A stretch of 64,000 nucleotides of DNA from a virus. The notes below the pieces were generated by a model. That model worked only from the letters and a program-made list of their open reading frames with translations. It did not search any database and was not told the origin of the DNA. Of this stretch, positions 41,278 to 51,475 are shown piece after piece. Location of the stretch: positions 1 to 64,000 of IMG/VR virus record IMGVR_UViG_3300046459_000548; one strand, 5' to 3'. The position numbers and the translations under genes are program-made. Position 1 is the stretch's first letter. Every line of letters starts with the position of its first letter.

Positions 41278-41927
41278 TGACTGAGGCCATCCACGACGAC
41301 GGCTACATCTGGCCGACCTGCGACCCCTGCGGACGGCAGCTCCGCCACGACGAACTCGGCCGCCGGGCTTGCCGCCTCTGCCAGGACCGTGTCGACCAAG
41401 CGCTCCGCCAACTGCCCGGACCCGACGGCCTATACGCCCAACTCGCCACCCGGCTCGCCCCAGGCCGAGGAGGCGACGGCCAGGTCGTGTCCGTCTCCCG
41501 CACCGCGCCGCTCCCACTCCGTCTCGAACCCCTCAGCCTCATGGCCCGCGGTGGCGTCGTCACCGTCCTCCAGGCCTGGCAGGTCGACTGGCACGAGCTC
41601 CTCGGCTGGCCCCATCCGCGCTGGCAGGGTGGCCTTCAGCAGCAACTCGACAACGCGGTCAAAGCATTGCGCGCCAACCTCGACTGGGCGGCCACTGAAC
41701 ACCCGGCCTTCGGCGACTTCACGCACGAGACTCACAGCCTGGTCCGCCAGTGCGAGCGGCAGATAACCGGCGAGCGGCCCGAACGCCCAATCGCCGTCGC
41801 CTGCCCGTGCGGGACAGTTCTGCGGGTCACCGTCTCCACCCCGGGCTCACGCTGCCGCGGCTGCGGAACGCAGTACGCGCGCACCGAAGTTCTCGACCTG
41901 CCGCTGGCCGAACGATCTGCTGCGTAA
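41277..41927 (+). CDS. Zn-finger protein, possible late-gene regulator
   Basis: CxxC pairs at both termini; lies before the late genes. Confidence 0.6.
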   Translation: MTEAIHDDGYIWPTCDPCGRQLRHDELGRRACRLCQDRVDQALRQLPGPDGLYAQLATRLAPGRGGDGQVVSVSRTAPLPLRLEPLSLMARGGVVTVLQAWQVDWHELLGWPHPRWQGGLQQQLDNAVKALRANLDWAATEHPAFGDFTHETHSLVRQCERQITGERPERPIAVACPCGTVLRVTVSTPGSRCRGCGTQYARTEVLDLPLAERSAA

Positions 41928-42067
41928 TCACCCAATCACCCAACGAATCTGCGCTTGCGCAGGTCACCGGCCGTATGTCACAGTGCCCACATCCGGATAC
42001 TCGTGTGTCCGCAGCTACAACAGCCCCCAGCTTCCGGCCGGGGGCTTTCTGCATGTCGGGGGTGAGC

Positions 42068-42313
42068 GTGAACGTCACCGAGCTGTACCCCGAAGATCTC
42101 GTCTTCGAGCATGAGGCAACCGCAGTAACCGGCGTGCCTGGCACGGTGATTCGGCAGTGGGCCCGGCGCGGGAAGATTCGCCGCTTCACCGGTCGGCCCG
42201 GCGAGTACTCGGGTCAGGGACACGAGTTCAAGACCATGTACGCCCTCCCCGAAGTGCAGGCTCTTGCCTCCGCCTACCGGCCGATGCCCCAACGGGCACC
42301 CCGCGCCGCCTAG
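42068..42313 (+). CDS. small HTH DNA-binding protein
   Basis: EATAVTGVPGTVIRQWARRGKI. Confidence 0.7.
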   Translation: MNVTELYPEDLVFEHEATAVTGVPGTVIRQWARRGKIRRFTGRPGEYSGQGHEFKTMYALPEVQALASAYRPMPQRAPRAA

Positions 42314-42729
42314 AACCCCTGCGTCGGTGGTGACGCAGGCCGGGCCTTGAAGCGCTACGCGCTCGGCCCACCTCGTCCGCCCGGTCCTGTGGGGGGCCGG
42401 GCGGACGCAAACTTCCCGGGAAGGCGGTGCGTATGGCGGCAGTCGGCACGAGCACTCTTCGCTGCCCCATCTGCGCCATCGACCTCGACGCGCCAGTCTC
42501 GGCGATCCCCTACGAGCGTCGCTCCGGCCCGACGATGTACCTGTCGTTCGACCTGGCCCAGGTCCGCGACCACATTGCCGAGCACGACCTCGGATCGGCT
42601 GTCGCCACAGACCTGCCGCTCCCAAGCACCCCCTAGACCCGGGTCCTGCCGCTCATCAGGCCCCGACGTCCCGCCGCCCCACATTCCCCCCGTCGGGCGG
42701 CGGGACGGCCCGACACCCAGAGGAGCTCC

Positions 42730-42948
42730 GTGCGCCGCCCCCTCGTTACCGCCCTGTTCGTCGCCGCATTCCTAGTCGGGCCGGTCGCCTGCACCCACGA
42801 CAGTCCCATCCCGGCGCCCAGCACCACGCGGCCGACACCGAGCAAGACGCCCAGCACGGCGCCGTCCCCGACGCTCGCACCGACTTCACCCGTACCGAGC
42901 CCGAGCGGACCGCCGGTCAGCAGCCAGGCCTCATCCGACGGACCCTGA
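42730..42948 (+). CDS. putative small lipoprotein, P/S/T-rich
   Basis: Signal peptide ending VAC followed by a mucin-like tail. Confidence 0.55.
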   Translation: MRRPLVTALFVAAFLVGPVACTHDSPIPAPSTTRPTPSKTPSTAPSPTLAPTSPVPSPSGPPVSSQASSDGP

Positions 42949-42958
42949 GGAGACTGCC

Positions 42959-43405
42959 GTGGCCGGCATCGTTTTCAACATCGCCCTCGGGCGGCTCGCC
43001 TACTACACGTCCCTGCCCGCCGCGAACGACGGCCTCGTCCTGATCGCCCTGGAAAGCAGCGGGCTGGAGACCGACGCCGTCCTGCGCGACAAGGACGACT
43101 TCGCCGCAGTGGTCGCCGGTAGCACCAACGAGCAGGCCACCGTCGGACGCAAGCCGCTCACCGGCGTCACCGTCACCGTCGACGACACCAACGACCGCGT
43201 CGCGCTCGATGCCTCCGACGTCACCTGGTCATCGCCGACGGGCAACGCCATCGGTGCGGTGGTGATCTGCTACGACCCCGACACCACCGGCGGGACAGAC
43301 GCCGACCTGATCCCGCTCACCAAGCACGACCTGGCCTGGACCCCGGACGGCAACACCTTCAACCTGACCATCACGGACTTCGCCCGGGTCACCTCCGCCG
43401 CGTAA
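42959..43405 (+). CDS. putative virion structural protein
   Basis: T/D/G-rich beta protein; GAGGAG RBS. Confidence 0.65.
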   Translation: MAGIVFNIALGRLAYYTSLPAANDGLVLIALESSGLETDAVLRDKDDFAAVVAGSTNEQATVGRKPLTGVTVTVDDTNDRVALDASDVTWSSPTGNAIGAVVICYDPDTTGGTDADLIPLTKHDLAWTPDGNTFNLTITDFARVTSAA

Positions 43406-43435
43406 GCAGTCCGGCGAAGGGAGCGGGAGGTCGCC

Positions 43436-44506
43436 GTGGCGAGCTTCACCGACGACTTTAATCGCGCCAACAGCACCGACCTGGGCGCCGGGTGGGTCGA
43501 GGTCTCAGGCGACTGGTCGATCGTCTCCAACCAGCTCTCGCCGGGCGCAGCGGGCGGCACGATCATTCTGCGCGCCGCCGGTGCGATGGCGGGCAACGAC
43601 AACTACGCGCAAGCCACGATCGCCGCCACCACCACAGCGAGCCAAGGCGTGTGGTGCCGCGGCAACAGCAACATCACCCAGGGCTACCTGTGGCGCAACA
43701 ACGGCACGACCTGGGACCTTTTCCAGGTCTTCGGAGGCTCTTTCACCAACATCGGCACCTATGCGGCAGCAGCCGTCGCAGGTGACGTCGCGAAAGTCCA
43801 GGCCGTCGGCACGACGATCAAAGGGTTCGTCAACGGTGTCCAGCGGGTCAGCGTCACGGACACCGCCGTCACGACGGGCACCAGCGTCGGTATCCGCTCG
43901 GACTCGGCTGGCGCGGTCCGCTACGACGATTTCGCCGCCGCGGACGTGACCGCCGGTGCGACCCTCGCCACCGCAGCCGCCACCGAGACCGCACAGCCGT
44001 TGACCGGCGCCAAGACGACAACGCTCAACCCCGCAGCCGCCACCCACACAGCGCAGCCCCTTACAGGCGCGAAGACCGGGACCCTCACCGCAGCCGCCAC
44101 GCCGGAGTCAGCGCAGCCACTTGCCGGCAGCAAGACGGTCACGCTCGGCACCGCACTTGAAACCGCCGCTACGCAAGCCCTCGCCGGAGCCAAGACGGCA
44201 CCGCTGTCTGCCGTGGCACAAACCGAGACCGCCCAGCCCCTCGCGGTCGTGACCAGCCGAAGTCTCGGCACAGCCATCGTCGTTGAGGCAGCCTGGCCGC
44301 TGTCGGGCGCCAAGAGCGCCGCCCTCGGCCCAGCGTTGGAGACCAGCATCGCGAGGCCACTCGTTACAGCCGGCGGACCCGACGTGGACATCGACGTCAC
44401 CGTCGGCAGTCCGTACAGCCCGTGGACGGCAGGCCAGCCCTACGCGTCCGCCTGGACTGTGCATGCGGGCCGGGCCAGCGACTGGGAGGTGGGCGCACCG
44501 TGCTGA
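43436..44506 (+). CDS. putative fibre protein: beta-sandwich head plus seven 20-aa repeats
   Basis: FTDDFNRAN...YDDF domain; repeats like TLxxAAATETAQPLTGAKT at about 43958-44377. Confidence 0.7.
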   Translation: MASFTDDFNRANSTDLGAGWVEVSGDWSIVSNQLSPGAAGGTIILRAAGAMAGNDNYAQATIAATTTASQGVWCRGNSNITQGYLWRNNGTTWDLFQVFGGSFTNIGTYAAAAVAGDVAKVQAVGTTIKGFVNGVQRVSVTDTAVTTGTSVGIRSDSAGAVRYDDFAAADVTAGATLATAAATETAQPLTGAKTTTLNPAAATHTAQPLTGAKTGTLTAAATPESAQPLAGSKTVTLGTALETAATQALAGAKTAPLSAVAQTETAQPLAVVTSRSLGTAIVVEAAWPLSGAKSAALGPALETSIARPLVTAGGPDVDIDVTVGSPYSPWTAGQPYASAWTVHAGRASDWEVGAPC

Positions 44507-44787
44507 TCCCCGCCACCTCCACTGAATACCTGCACGTGCCGGTCACCGCCCCATCCGGGACCGACCTCACCGGCGTCCCGGTACGGATCGCGGTGGTCGC
44601 CCACCGCGCTGACCCCGCCGACAGCGAGTGGCAGGCCGCGGACTGGGTGGACGGGGCGGCCCGGCTCCTCGTCGGCCCCGACAGCGGCCTGGTCCTCGCC
44701 ACAGGCGACTACCGGGTGTGGATCAACATCGACCCGCCCGGAGCCGAGAACGTCGTCCGCAAAGCCGGAATCCTCAGCGTCACCTAG
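44500..44787 (+). CDS. small Ig/BppU-like structural protein
   Basis: EYLHVPVTAP...GDYRVW...ENVVRKAG. Confidence 0.6.
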   Translation: MLIPATSTEYLHVPVTAPSGTDLTGVPVRIAVVAHRADPADSEWQAADWVDGAARLLVGPDSGLVLATGDYRVWINIDPPGAENVVRKAGILSVT

Positions 44788-44802
44788 AAGGGGGCGAGTC
44801 CG

Positions 44803-45186
44803 ATCGCGGACAACCTGAGCAACACCGCCGAGAACCGCACGATGGACTGGATGATGGGCTCGACCACCACGGCACCCACCACCCCCCTCAAGGTCGCGCT
44901 CGTCACCGCAGCAGGCGACGATGCAACCGCGGGCACCGAAGTCACCGGCGGCTCCTACACCCGCAAGACCCTCACCGTCGCCGCTGCGTCAGGCGGCAGC
45001 GTTGCCAACAGTGCGGACCTCGACTGGACCGGCATGCCCGCGTGCACCATCGTCGGCTGGGAGATCTGGGACTCCGCAGGCACGCCCATCCGCTGGTGGT
45101 ACGGGCCGCTCGACGCGAGCAAGACCCTCGCCGCCGGTGACGAGTTCAAGCTGACCGCCGGATCGCTCACGCTGTCGCTGAGCTGA
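44803..45186 (+). CDS. tail-fibre-like structural protein (possible ATC start; first ATG at 44842)
   Basis: GTEVTGGSYTR...EIWDS...LAAGDEFKL. Confidence 0.65.
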   Translation: MADNLSNTAENRTMDWMMGSTTTAPTTPLKVALVTAAGDDATAGTEVTGGSYTRKTLTVAAASGGSVANSADLDWTGMPACTIVGWEIWDSAGTPIRWWYGPLDASKTLAAGDEFKLTAGSLTLSLS

Positions 45187-45198
45187 CAGGAGGCGCGC

Positions 45199-46320
45199 GT
45201 GCCGTCCTTCAGTAGCCTCTCCGACAACTTCAACGACGGCGTGATCGGCCCGAACTGGGGAAACTCCTACGGCGGTGCCAACGAGACCGGCGGGCAGGCG
45301 CGCGTCCCCTGCGTGGCAGGCTCCTACGGCGGCTATCAGACCGCCTACTCGTGGACGCTCGCCGGCGCCACCATCTTCATGAAAGTCGTCACCGTGCCTG
45401 CCGCATCGACAGCGACGGACGCGTACTGCGGGGTCCTCGTCAACGCCCCCGATATCGCCACGAGCGGCGTCCGTATCGGGTTCACGATCAACGCCGTGAC
45501 GGGGATGCTGCGGATGCAGTCCGACACCGGCTACTACGACCCCACCGGCGTCGAGATCACCTACGATCCGGTGGCACACGCCTTCCTGAGGCTGTCCGAA
45601 GACGGCACCAACGTGCACTGGGACACCAGCCCCGACGGCACCACATGGACCAACCGGCGCACCCTCGCGACCCCGGCCTGGATTCCCGCCAGCATCGACA
45701 CGTGCGCCCTCGACATGTCCGCACACCGCGACGCCGGAACCACCGACTATGCGGCCTACGACCTGTTCAACACCCTGTCCGACGGCGCCGTATACACCGG
45801 CAGCGGCAGCGGGACGGCCCAGTCGACGGTCACCGCCGCAGGTATCCACATCGGCGTCGGCAGCGGCAGCGGCAGCGCGCAGACCGCGTCCGCCGCCAGC
45901 GGACTCGCCGTCTATCACGGCTCGGCTATCGGCAGCGCCCAGACCGACGCGGTGGCCTCCGCCTCAGCCGGACCCGAATACCCGGAGGTGGCCGGATTGA
46001 GCGCGGGCGACTGGGACCTCTACATCGAGCAGGGCAGCACGTTCGTTCAGACGTACACGGTCACCGACCCCGGTTTCACCTGGGATGGCTGGGCTGCGCG
46101 TGCGCAGATCAGGGCGACAGCCGCGACGGACGCCGAACTCCTCCTCGATCTCACCTCGCACCTCACCGTCACCGGCCCTGCTATCCGCCTGGCGATCCCC
46201 GCATCCGTGACCGAGACCCTGACCCGTAACGGCCGCTGGGACCTGGAAGTTTTCCAGGGCGCCACGGTGGTGCGCCTCCTCAACGGGAAGGCGACCGTCT
46301 CCCCGGAGGTGACCCAGTGA
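45199..46320 (+). CDS. putative structural protein (lectin-like domain, GS-rich repeats, LtfC-like C-terminus)
   Basis: DNFND N-terminus; GSGSAQT repeats; DLYIEQGSTF...RWDLEV. Confidence 0.65.
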   Translation: MPSFSSLSDNFNDGVIGPNWGNSYGGANETGGQARVPCVAGSYGGYQTAYSWTLAGATIFMKVVTVPAASTATDAYCGVLVNAPDIATSGVRIGFTINAVTGMLRMQSDTGYYDPTGVEITYDPVAHAFLRLSEDGTNVHWDTSPDGTTWTNRRTLATPAWIPASIDTCALDMSAHRDAGTTDYAAYDLFNTLSDGAVYTGSGSGTAQSTVTAAGIHIGVGSGSGSAQTASAASGLAVYHGSAIGSAQTDAVASASAGPEYPEVAGLSAGDWDLYIEQGSTFVQTYTVTDPGFTWDGWAARAQIRATAATDAELLLDLTSHLTVTGPAIRLAIPASVTETLTRNGRWDLEVFQGATVVRLLNGKATVSPEVTQ

Positions 46321-49300
46321 AACTCGAGGTCACAGGCGAGCGGCCCGTCGACGCCATCAACGTCACCAGCGGCCAGCAGTCCACCGTCATCGACGTCACT
46401 GCAGGAACCGTCACCTCCGTCAACGGCCGCACCGGCGCCGTCACCATCAGCTCCAGCGACGTCGGCGCCCCCGACTGGATCAACGTCGTGCAGCGGGGGG
46501 CAGTAGGCGACGGCATCGCCGACGACACGGCAGCCCTCCAGGCCGCCATCGACGCCTGCCAGCCCGGCGGAACTGTGTACCTGCCGCGCGGCGTCTACAA
46601 GACGACCGCCACGCTGGACCTGAAGAACGGCGTCACCCTGCGCGGCTCCCACGCCAACCTGATGGTCGGGCCCGGCATGGGCGATGCCGACTACCCGTGC
46701 TACATCCAGGCAGCCGGCCCGTTCACCGGCACCTCGGTGATCCAGATCATCGGTGACGCCGACGGCATCCATCCGGCCATCTCCGGTGAGCAGCGCATCC
46801 TCAACCTGATGATCGACGGCTCCCAGCTCGGCGGATCGTCGGTCGACGGTCTGTTCGCCCGCGGTAACGTACAGAACGTCGTCCTCGACAACGTGACGAT
46901 CCGGCAGATGCCGAACAACGGGATCGTCACCGCGAGCCGCGGCGACGGCACGTTCCCGTACTCGTGGCGCCTCCACCATGTCATGGTCGACAACTGCCAC
47001 GCCAACGGCATTCTCTTCACCGGCAATACGGATATCACGCTCGACGACGTGCAGGTCATCGGCTGCTGGGCGCAAGGCTTCGTCCTCACCAACTGCACGA
47101 ACGCCCAGCTCATTGCCTGCCGGGCCGAATGGATGGGCAGCCACGGCTACCACCTGACCGGCGCTTGGGGAGACTGGGCCGGATCCGGCGGCATGCAGAT
47201 GACCGGCTGCTCCACCGACCGCAACGGCCAGCACGGCGTCCTCGTCGACGCCACCGGCAACACTCCGATCCTCATCTCCAGCCTCCAGACCCGCCGCGAC
47301 GGCCGCAACGGCGGCGCCGGCGGCGGTGGATACGCCGGCCTGGCCGTCATTGGCGCCACCGTGCCCGTCACCATCGACGGCATCAACTGCTACCCCGGCG
47401 TCGACGACGGAGGCGCTTCCATCAACTCGCCGCAGTACGGGGCGCGCCTGTCCGGTTCCTCCACGGTCACGCTCGACAACGCGCTCCTGCACGCCGACAC
47501 CGCGGGCCTCCTCGATGACGGCACCAACACCCTGATCTCCCTCGGCTCCAACATCGTCACCGCTGCGGGTGCCACCACCTCCACGGCCCGCACCCTACGG
47601 CCGCGCATCCTCGACTGGGTCAACGTCAAGCAGCGAGGCGCCAAAGGCGACGGCACCACCGACGACACTGCCGTCATCCAGGCGGCCCTCACCGCGGCGC
47701 AGCCCGGCGACACGATCTACCTGCCGGCCGGTACCTACCGGACGAGCGCGCCCCTCACGGTGCCGCCCGGCGTCACGCTCCGCGGCTCGCATGGCGATCA
47801 CTTCGACAACCTCACCGGCTGGACGCAGGTCAACGCCCGCATCAAGCCGCTCGCGACGTTCTCCGGGGTGGCCTGCATCCTCATCCTGGACGCGCCCCTC
47901 GGCGGGTATGCGGCCAAGTCGTGCGAGCAGCGACTCCTGGACCTCACCCTCGACGGCACCGCCCTGCCCGGCGGCAACACGGTCGACGGCATTCAGGCGC
48001 AGGGCACCATCCGGGGGATGATCTACGAGAACCTGTCGATCAAGAAGTTCGGCGGGCACGCGATCTACTTCACCTACAACTTCTCGGCCCCGCCAGGCCT
48101 CCCGCAAGCCCCGTATTCGAACCGGCTGCGCCGCATCGTCGCCTCCGACTGCGGCGGCAACACGTACTCCTTCAACAACATGACCGACTCGACGCTCATG
48201 GACGTCGAGTCGATCGGCAGTGCGGGCTACGGCTTCTTCTTGTCCGGCTGCGGCAACAGCACCCTCATCGCCTGCCGTGCCGAATGGAATCTCCGCGGCT
48301 TCCACATCGTGCCCGGCAACGCGCAGCTGTCCCTGATCGGCTGCTCGACGGACCGCAACACCCAGAACGGCATGCTGATCACCGGTGGCAGCGCGGGTGC
48401 CACGGTGGCCATCACCAACGCACGGTTGAACCGGGATGGCCGCAACGGCAACAGCGGCGGCGGAGGCTACGCAGGCCTCACCGTCGACACCTGCCCCGCC
48501 ATGGTCGTCGCCACCGACATCAACGTCCTCACCGGCGTCGACGACGACGGCAGCGGAACCCGCAGCCCCCAGTACGGCGTCAACGTCCTCGGCTCCGCCT
48601 ACGTTGCTGTTACCAGCGGCATCCTCAACGCGGCCACCACCGGATTCCGGGACGGCGGCACCAACACCACACTGCTGCGCGGCCCCAACGTTGGCGAACT
48701 CGTCGGCAACCCCGCGTCGCCCAGCTCGACCACGTCCTACGGGCTGCGCTCCACCCCGACCGCAGCCCAGTTCATCGACAGCTCGGCCGTCGCGCACAAC
48801 CTCATCCGGCCCTCCGCGCCGCTGCCCGTGGACCACGGCTTCCTCGCCTGGGCATACGACCCTTCACCCGCCGGAACCTTCACGGTCTTCACTGGCGGCG
48901 TCATCCAGCTCGTCCGCATCCCCATCCGGGCGACCCGCACCATCACCAACATCTGCCTATACATCGGTACCGCAGGCAACACCCTCACCGCAGGCGCCAG
49001 CTGGGCAGGCCTCTATGACTCCACTGGAGCCCGCCTCGGCCAAACCGCTGACCAGGCCGCCGCGTGGATCAGCACCGGCCTCAAGACCATGGCCATCGCG
49101 GGCGGCCCGGTCACCTTGAACGAGGGCTACTACTGGGTTGCCTGCGTGTCCACCGGCACCACCATCCCCGCCCTCCTGCGGGCATCCGGTGTCGGCGGAG
49201 GCCCTATCAACGTCGGGCTCAGCGCGTCGAACACCAGGTTCGGAACGTTCGGCACCAGCCAGACGACGCTGCCGACGACGATCACGCCCGGCTCCATCGG

Positions 49301-49337
49301 ACAGGCCAACAACGCCTACTGGGCGGCCCTGAGCTAA
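46317..49337 (+). CDS. tailspike-like right-handed beta-helix protein with two tandem pectate_lyase_3-like modules
   Basis: DWINVVQRGAVGDGIADDTAALQAAI and DWVNVKQRGAKGDGTTDDTAVIQAAL; duplicated CSTDRN and RDGRNG motifs. Confidence 0.85.
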   Translation: MKLEVTGERPVDAINVTSGQQSTVIDVTAGTVTSVNGRTGAVTISSSDVGAPDWINVVQRGAVGDGIADDTAALQAAIDACQPGGTVYLPRGVYKTTATLDLKNGVTLRGSHANLMVGPGMGDADYPCYIQAAGPFTGTSVIQIIGDADGIHPAISGEQRILNLMIDGSQLGGSSVDGLFARGNVQNVVLDNVTIRQMPNNGIVTASRGDGTFPYSWRLHHVMVDNCHANGILFTGNTDITLDDVQVIGCWAQGFVLTNCTNAQLIACRAEWMGSHGYHLTGAWGDWAGSGGMQMTGCSTDRNGQHGVLVDATGNTPILISSLQTRRDGRNGGAGGGGYAGLAVIGATVPVTIDGINCYPGVDDGGASINSPQYGARLSGSSTVTLDNALLHADTAGLLDDGTNTLISLGSNIVTAAGATTSTARTLRPRILDWVNVKQRGAKGDGTTDDTAVIQAALTAAQPGDTIYLPAGTYRTSAPLTVPPGVTLRGSHGDHFDNLTGWTQVNARIKPLATFSGVACILILDAPLGGYAAKSCEQRLLDLTLDGTALPGGNTVDGIQAQGTIRGMIYENLSIKKFGGHAIYFTYNFSAPPGLPQAPYSNRLRRIVASDCGGNTYSFNNMTDSTLMDVESIGSAGYGFFLSGCGNSTLIACRAEWNLRGFHIVPGNAQLSLIGCSTDRNTQNGMLITGGSAGATVAITNARLNRDGRNGNSGGGGYAGLTVDTCPAMVVATDINVLTGVDDDGSGTRSPQYGVNVLGSAYVAVTSGILNAATTGFRDGGTNTTLLRGPNVGELVGNPASPSSTTSYGLRSTPTAAQFIDSSAVAHNLIRPSAPLPVDHGFLAWAYDPSPAGTFTVFTGGVIQLVRIPIRATRTITNICLYIGTAGNTLTAGASWAGLYDSTGARLGQTADQAAAWISTGLKTMAIAGGPVTLNEGYYWVACVSTGTTIPALLRASGVGGGPINVGLSASNTRFGTFGTSQTTLPTTITPGSIGQANNAYWAALS

Positions 49338-49345
49338 GGAGCGCC

Positions 49346-50053
49346 ATGGCCGACGACCTTCTCGTCATCATCCCGACCCGCGGCAGGCCCGGCGCCGTGC
49401 CGGAGATCGTGCAGACGTGGGACGACACCGGGGCCACGGCCGACCTGCTGTTCGCGGTCGACACCGACGATCCGGAGCTCGCCGCGTACAAGAAGCACGC
49501 CGCCGCGCTCAAGGGTGACAGGCGGGTGCGGTTCACGTTCGGCAAGCGGCGCCGCATGGTCGGCACGCTCAACACGCAGGCAGTGAAGGCGGCGAAGAGC
49601 TATCGGTTCCTCGCCTTCCTCGGAGACGACCATCGGCCCCGGCCAGCCGACCGTCCGTGGGACGCCCGCTTCCGCGAGTGCCTGTCGGGCGGGCCCGGCA
49701 TCGTCTACGGCAACGACCTGCTGCAGGGCGAGAACATGCCGACGGCCGTCGCGATGACGTCGGACATCGTGGCCACACTGGACTACATGGCGCCGCCCGC
49801 GATGGTGCATCTCTGCGTCGACCTGGTCTGGAAGGACTGGGGGACCGGCATGCAGCGGATCACCTACCTCGACGACGTAATCATCGAGCACCTGCACCCG
49901 GCGAACGGCAAGGCCGAGGTCGACGCGGGCTACGAAGAGGTCAACAGCCCCGAGCAGGTGTCCAGCGACTCAGCCGCCTACTACGACTACCGCGACAACG
50001 GCGGCCTCGAAGCCGACCTGGAGAAGCTGCGAGCGCTCGTCGCGTCCGCCTGA
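49346..50053 (+). CDS. GT-A fold (GT2-like) glycosyltransferase
   Basis: LLVIIPTRGRP, FLGDDH, IIEHLHP. Confidence 0.8.
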   Translation: MADDLLVIIPTRGRPGAVPEIVQTWDDTGATADLLFAVDTDDPELAAYKKHAAALKGDRRVRFTFGKRRRMVGTLNTQAVKAAKSYRFLAFLGDDHRPRPADRPWDARFRECLSGGPGIVYGNDLLQGENMPTAVAMTSDIVATLDYMAPPAMVHLCVDLVWKDWGTGMQRITYLDDVIIEHLHPANGKAEVDAGYEEVNSPEQVSSDSAAYYDYRDNGGLEADLEKLRALVASA

Positions 50054-50146
50054 CCCACAACACCCATACGCCTGCGGCTGATCCCCGCAGGAAGGAAGCC
50101 CCGGCGGCCCCGAGCTCCGGGGCTTCCGCATATCTCGGGAGCCCCA

Positions 50147-50593
50147 ATGGACGTGCAGTTCACCGACCGATATGAGGCGCTCGGCATCGAGCCCCCCAGC
50201 CTGCTCACCGTCTGTCGAGGGCAGTGCGAGGGAACGGGTGTCGTGCCCGTGTTCATGGACACGCCCACGGCGGCCCAGCGACGAGGGCGCAACGGAATCG
50301 TGGGCCCGGACGAAACGGACCCAGAACTGATCAGGCAGTGGCGCATTGCCGAGGCGCTGGACCCCAGCGACGACGGATGGCACTTCGTTACCTGCCCACG
50401 GTGCATCGGGACGGGGAAGCGCAGAGGCCGCTTCCCGCGCCTTCACAACCTGCCGAATCTCGTCCACTGCCAGTGGCGATTCTTCAGAAGTTGCATTCTC
50501 AACATGGACTGCCGAGTCGACCCGGATGCTCGCTGGTCGAGGGTCAAGCACCTGAAGCTCGCGGTGCCCATCCTCTTCGGTAGGCGTCCGTGA
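50147..50593 (+). CDS. hypothetical protein with CxxCxGxG motifs
   Basis: CRGQCEGTG, CPRCIGTG. Confidence 0.55.
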   Translation: MDVQFTDRYEALGIEPPSLLTVCRGQCEGTGVVPVFMDTPTAAQRRGRNGIVGPDETDPELIRQWRIAEALDPSDDGWHFVTCPRCIGTGKRRGRFPRLHNLPNLVHCQWRFFRSCILNMDCRVDPDARWSRVKHLKLAVPILFGRRP

Positions 50594-51462
50594 TGCGCGT
50601 CCTCCTCACCGGCCACAAGGGGTTCGTAGGTCGTCACCTGCACGCCGCACTCGAAGCTCAAGGCGACGACGTGACCGGCATCGACCTCGCCGACGGCAGT
50701 GGTGACGCCCTCGACTTCTTCCGGACCGACGACACCCGCTACGACCTCGCGGTCCACGCTGCGGCGATCGTCGGCGGCCGGGCCAGCATCGACGGATCGC
50801 CCCTCAGTGTCGGCACGAACCTGGCCCTCGACGCCTGGTACATGCGCTGGCTCATCCGCACCGGAACGCCGAGGGCCGTGTACTTCAGCTCGTCTGCCGC
50901 GTATCCGGTCGCGCTTCAGCAGCCCGGCGACGTGCGGCGTCTGTACGAAGAGGACATCAATCTCTCGTACATGGAAGAGCCCGACGCCACCTATGGCTGG
51001 GCGAAGCTGACGGGGGAGAAGCTCGCCTCCTACGCCGAAGCCGAAGGTTGCCGCATCCTCATCCCGCGCCCGTTCAGCGGCTACGGCGAAGACCAGGACC
51101 AGGCGTACCCGTTCCCGGCCTTCATCCAGCGGGCCAAGCGGCGCGACGACCCGTTCGAGATCTGGGGATCCGGCGACTCCACACGCGACTGGATCCACAT
51201 CGACGACCTGATCGGCGCCACCCTTGCACTCCTCGACGCCGACGTCACTGGGCCCGTCAACCTCGGCTGGGGCAGGGCGACCAGCTTCGACGAGCTCGCC
51301 CGCATCGTGTGCTCGGCCGCCGGCTACCGGCCGCATCTGAAGCACCGGGCAAACGCACCCCGAGGCGTCCACCACCGCGTCAGCGACCCGGCACGGATGC
51401 TCGACCACTACGTACCCACCGTGACCCTCGAAGAGGGTGTGCGGCGGGCGCTCGAAGCCTGA
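50590..51462 (+). CDS. NAD-dependent epimerase/dehydratase
   Basis: TGHKGFVG, SSSAAY, YGWAK, RDWIHIDD. Confidence 0.95.
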   Translation: MMRVLLTGHKGFVGRHLHAALEAQGDDVTGIDLADGSGDALDFFRTDDTRYDLAVHAAAIVGGRASIDGSPLSVGTNLALDAWYMRWLIRTGTPRAVYFSSSAAYPVALQQPGDVRRLYEEDINLSYMEEPDATYGWAKLTGEKLASYAEAEGCRILIPRPFSGYGEDQDQAYPFPAFIQRAKRRDDPFEIWGSGDSTRDWIHIDDLIGATLALLDADVTGPVNLGWGRATSFDELARIVCSAAGYRPHLKHRANAPRGVHHRVSDPARMLDHYVPTVTLEEGVRRALEA

Positions 51463-51475
51463 CGGGAGGCACCGC

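Noticed and set aside
43958-44377. CRISPR-like or DNA-level repeat array
   Set aside because: 60-bp periodicity is an in-frame degenerate protein repeat with no spacers and no cas genes
46470-48700. Diversity-generating retroelement template/variable repeat
   Set aside because: The duplication is diverged at the protein level and no reverse transcriptase is present
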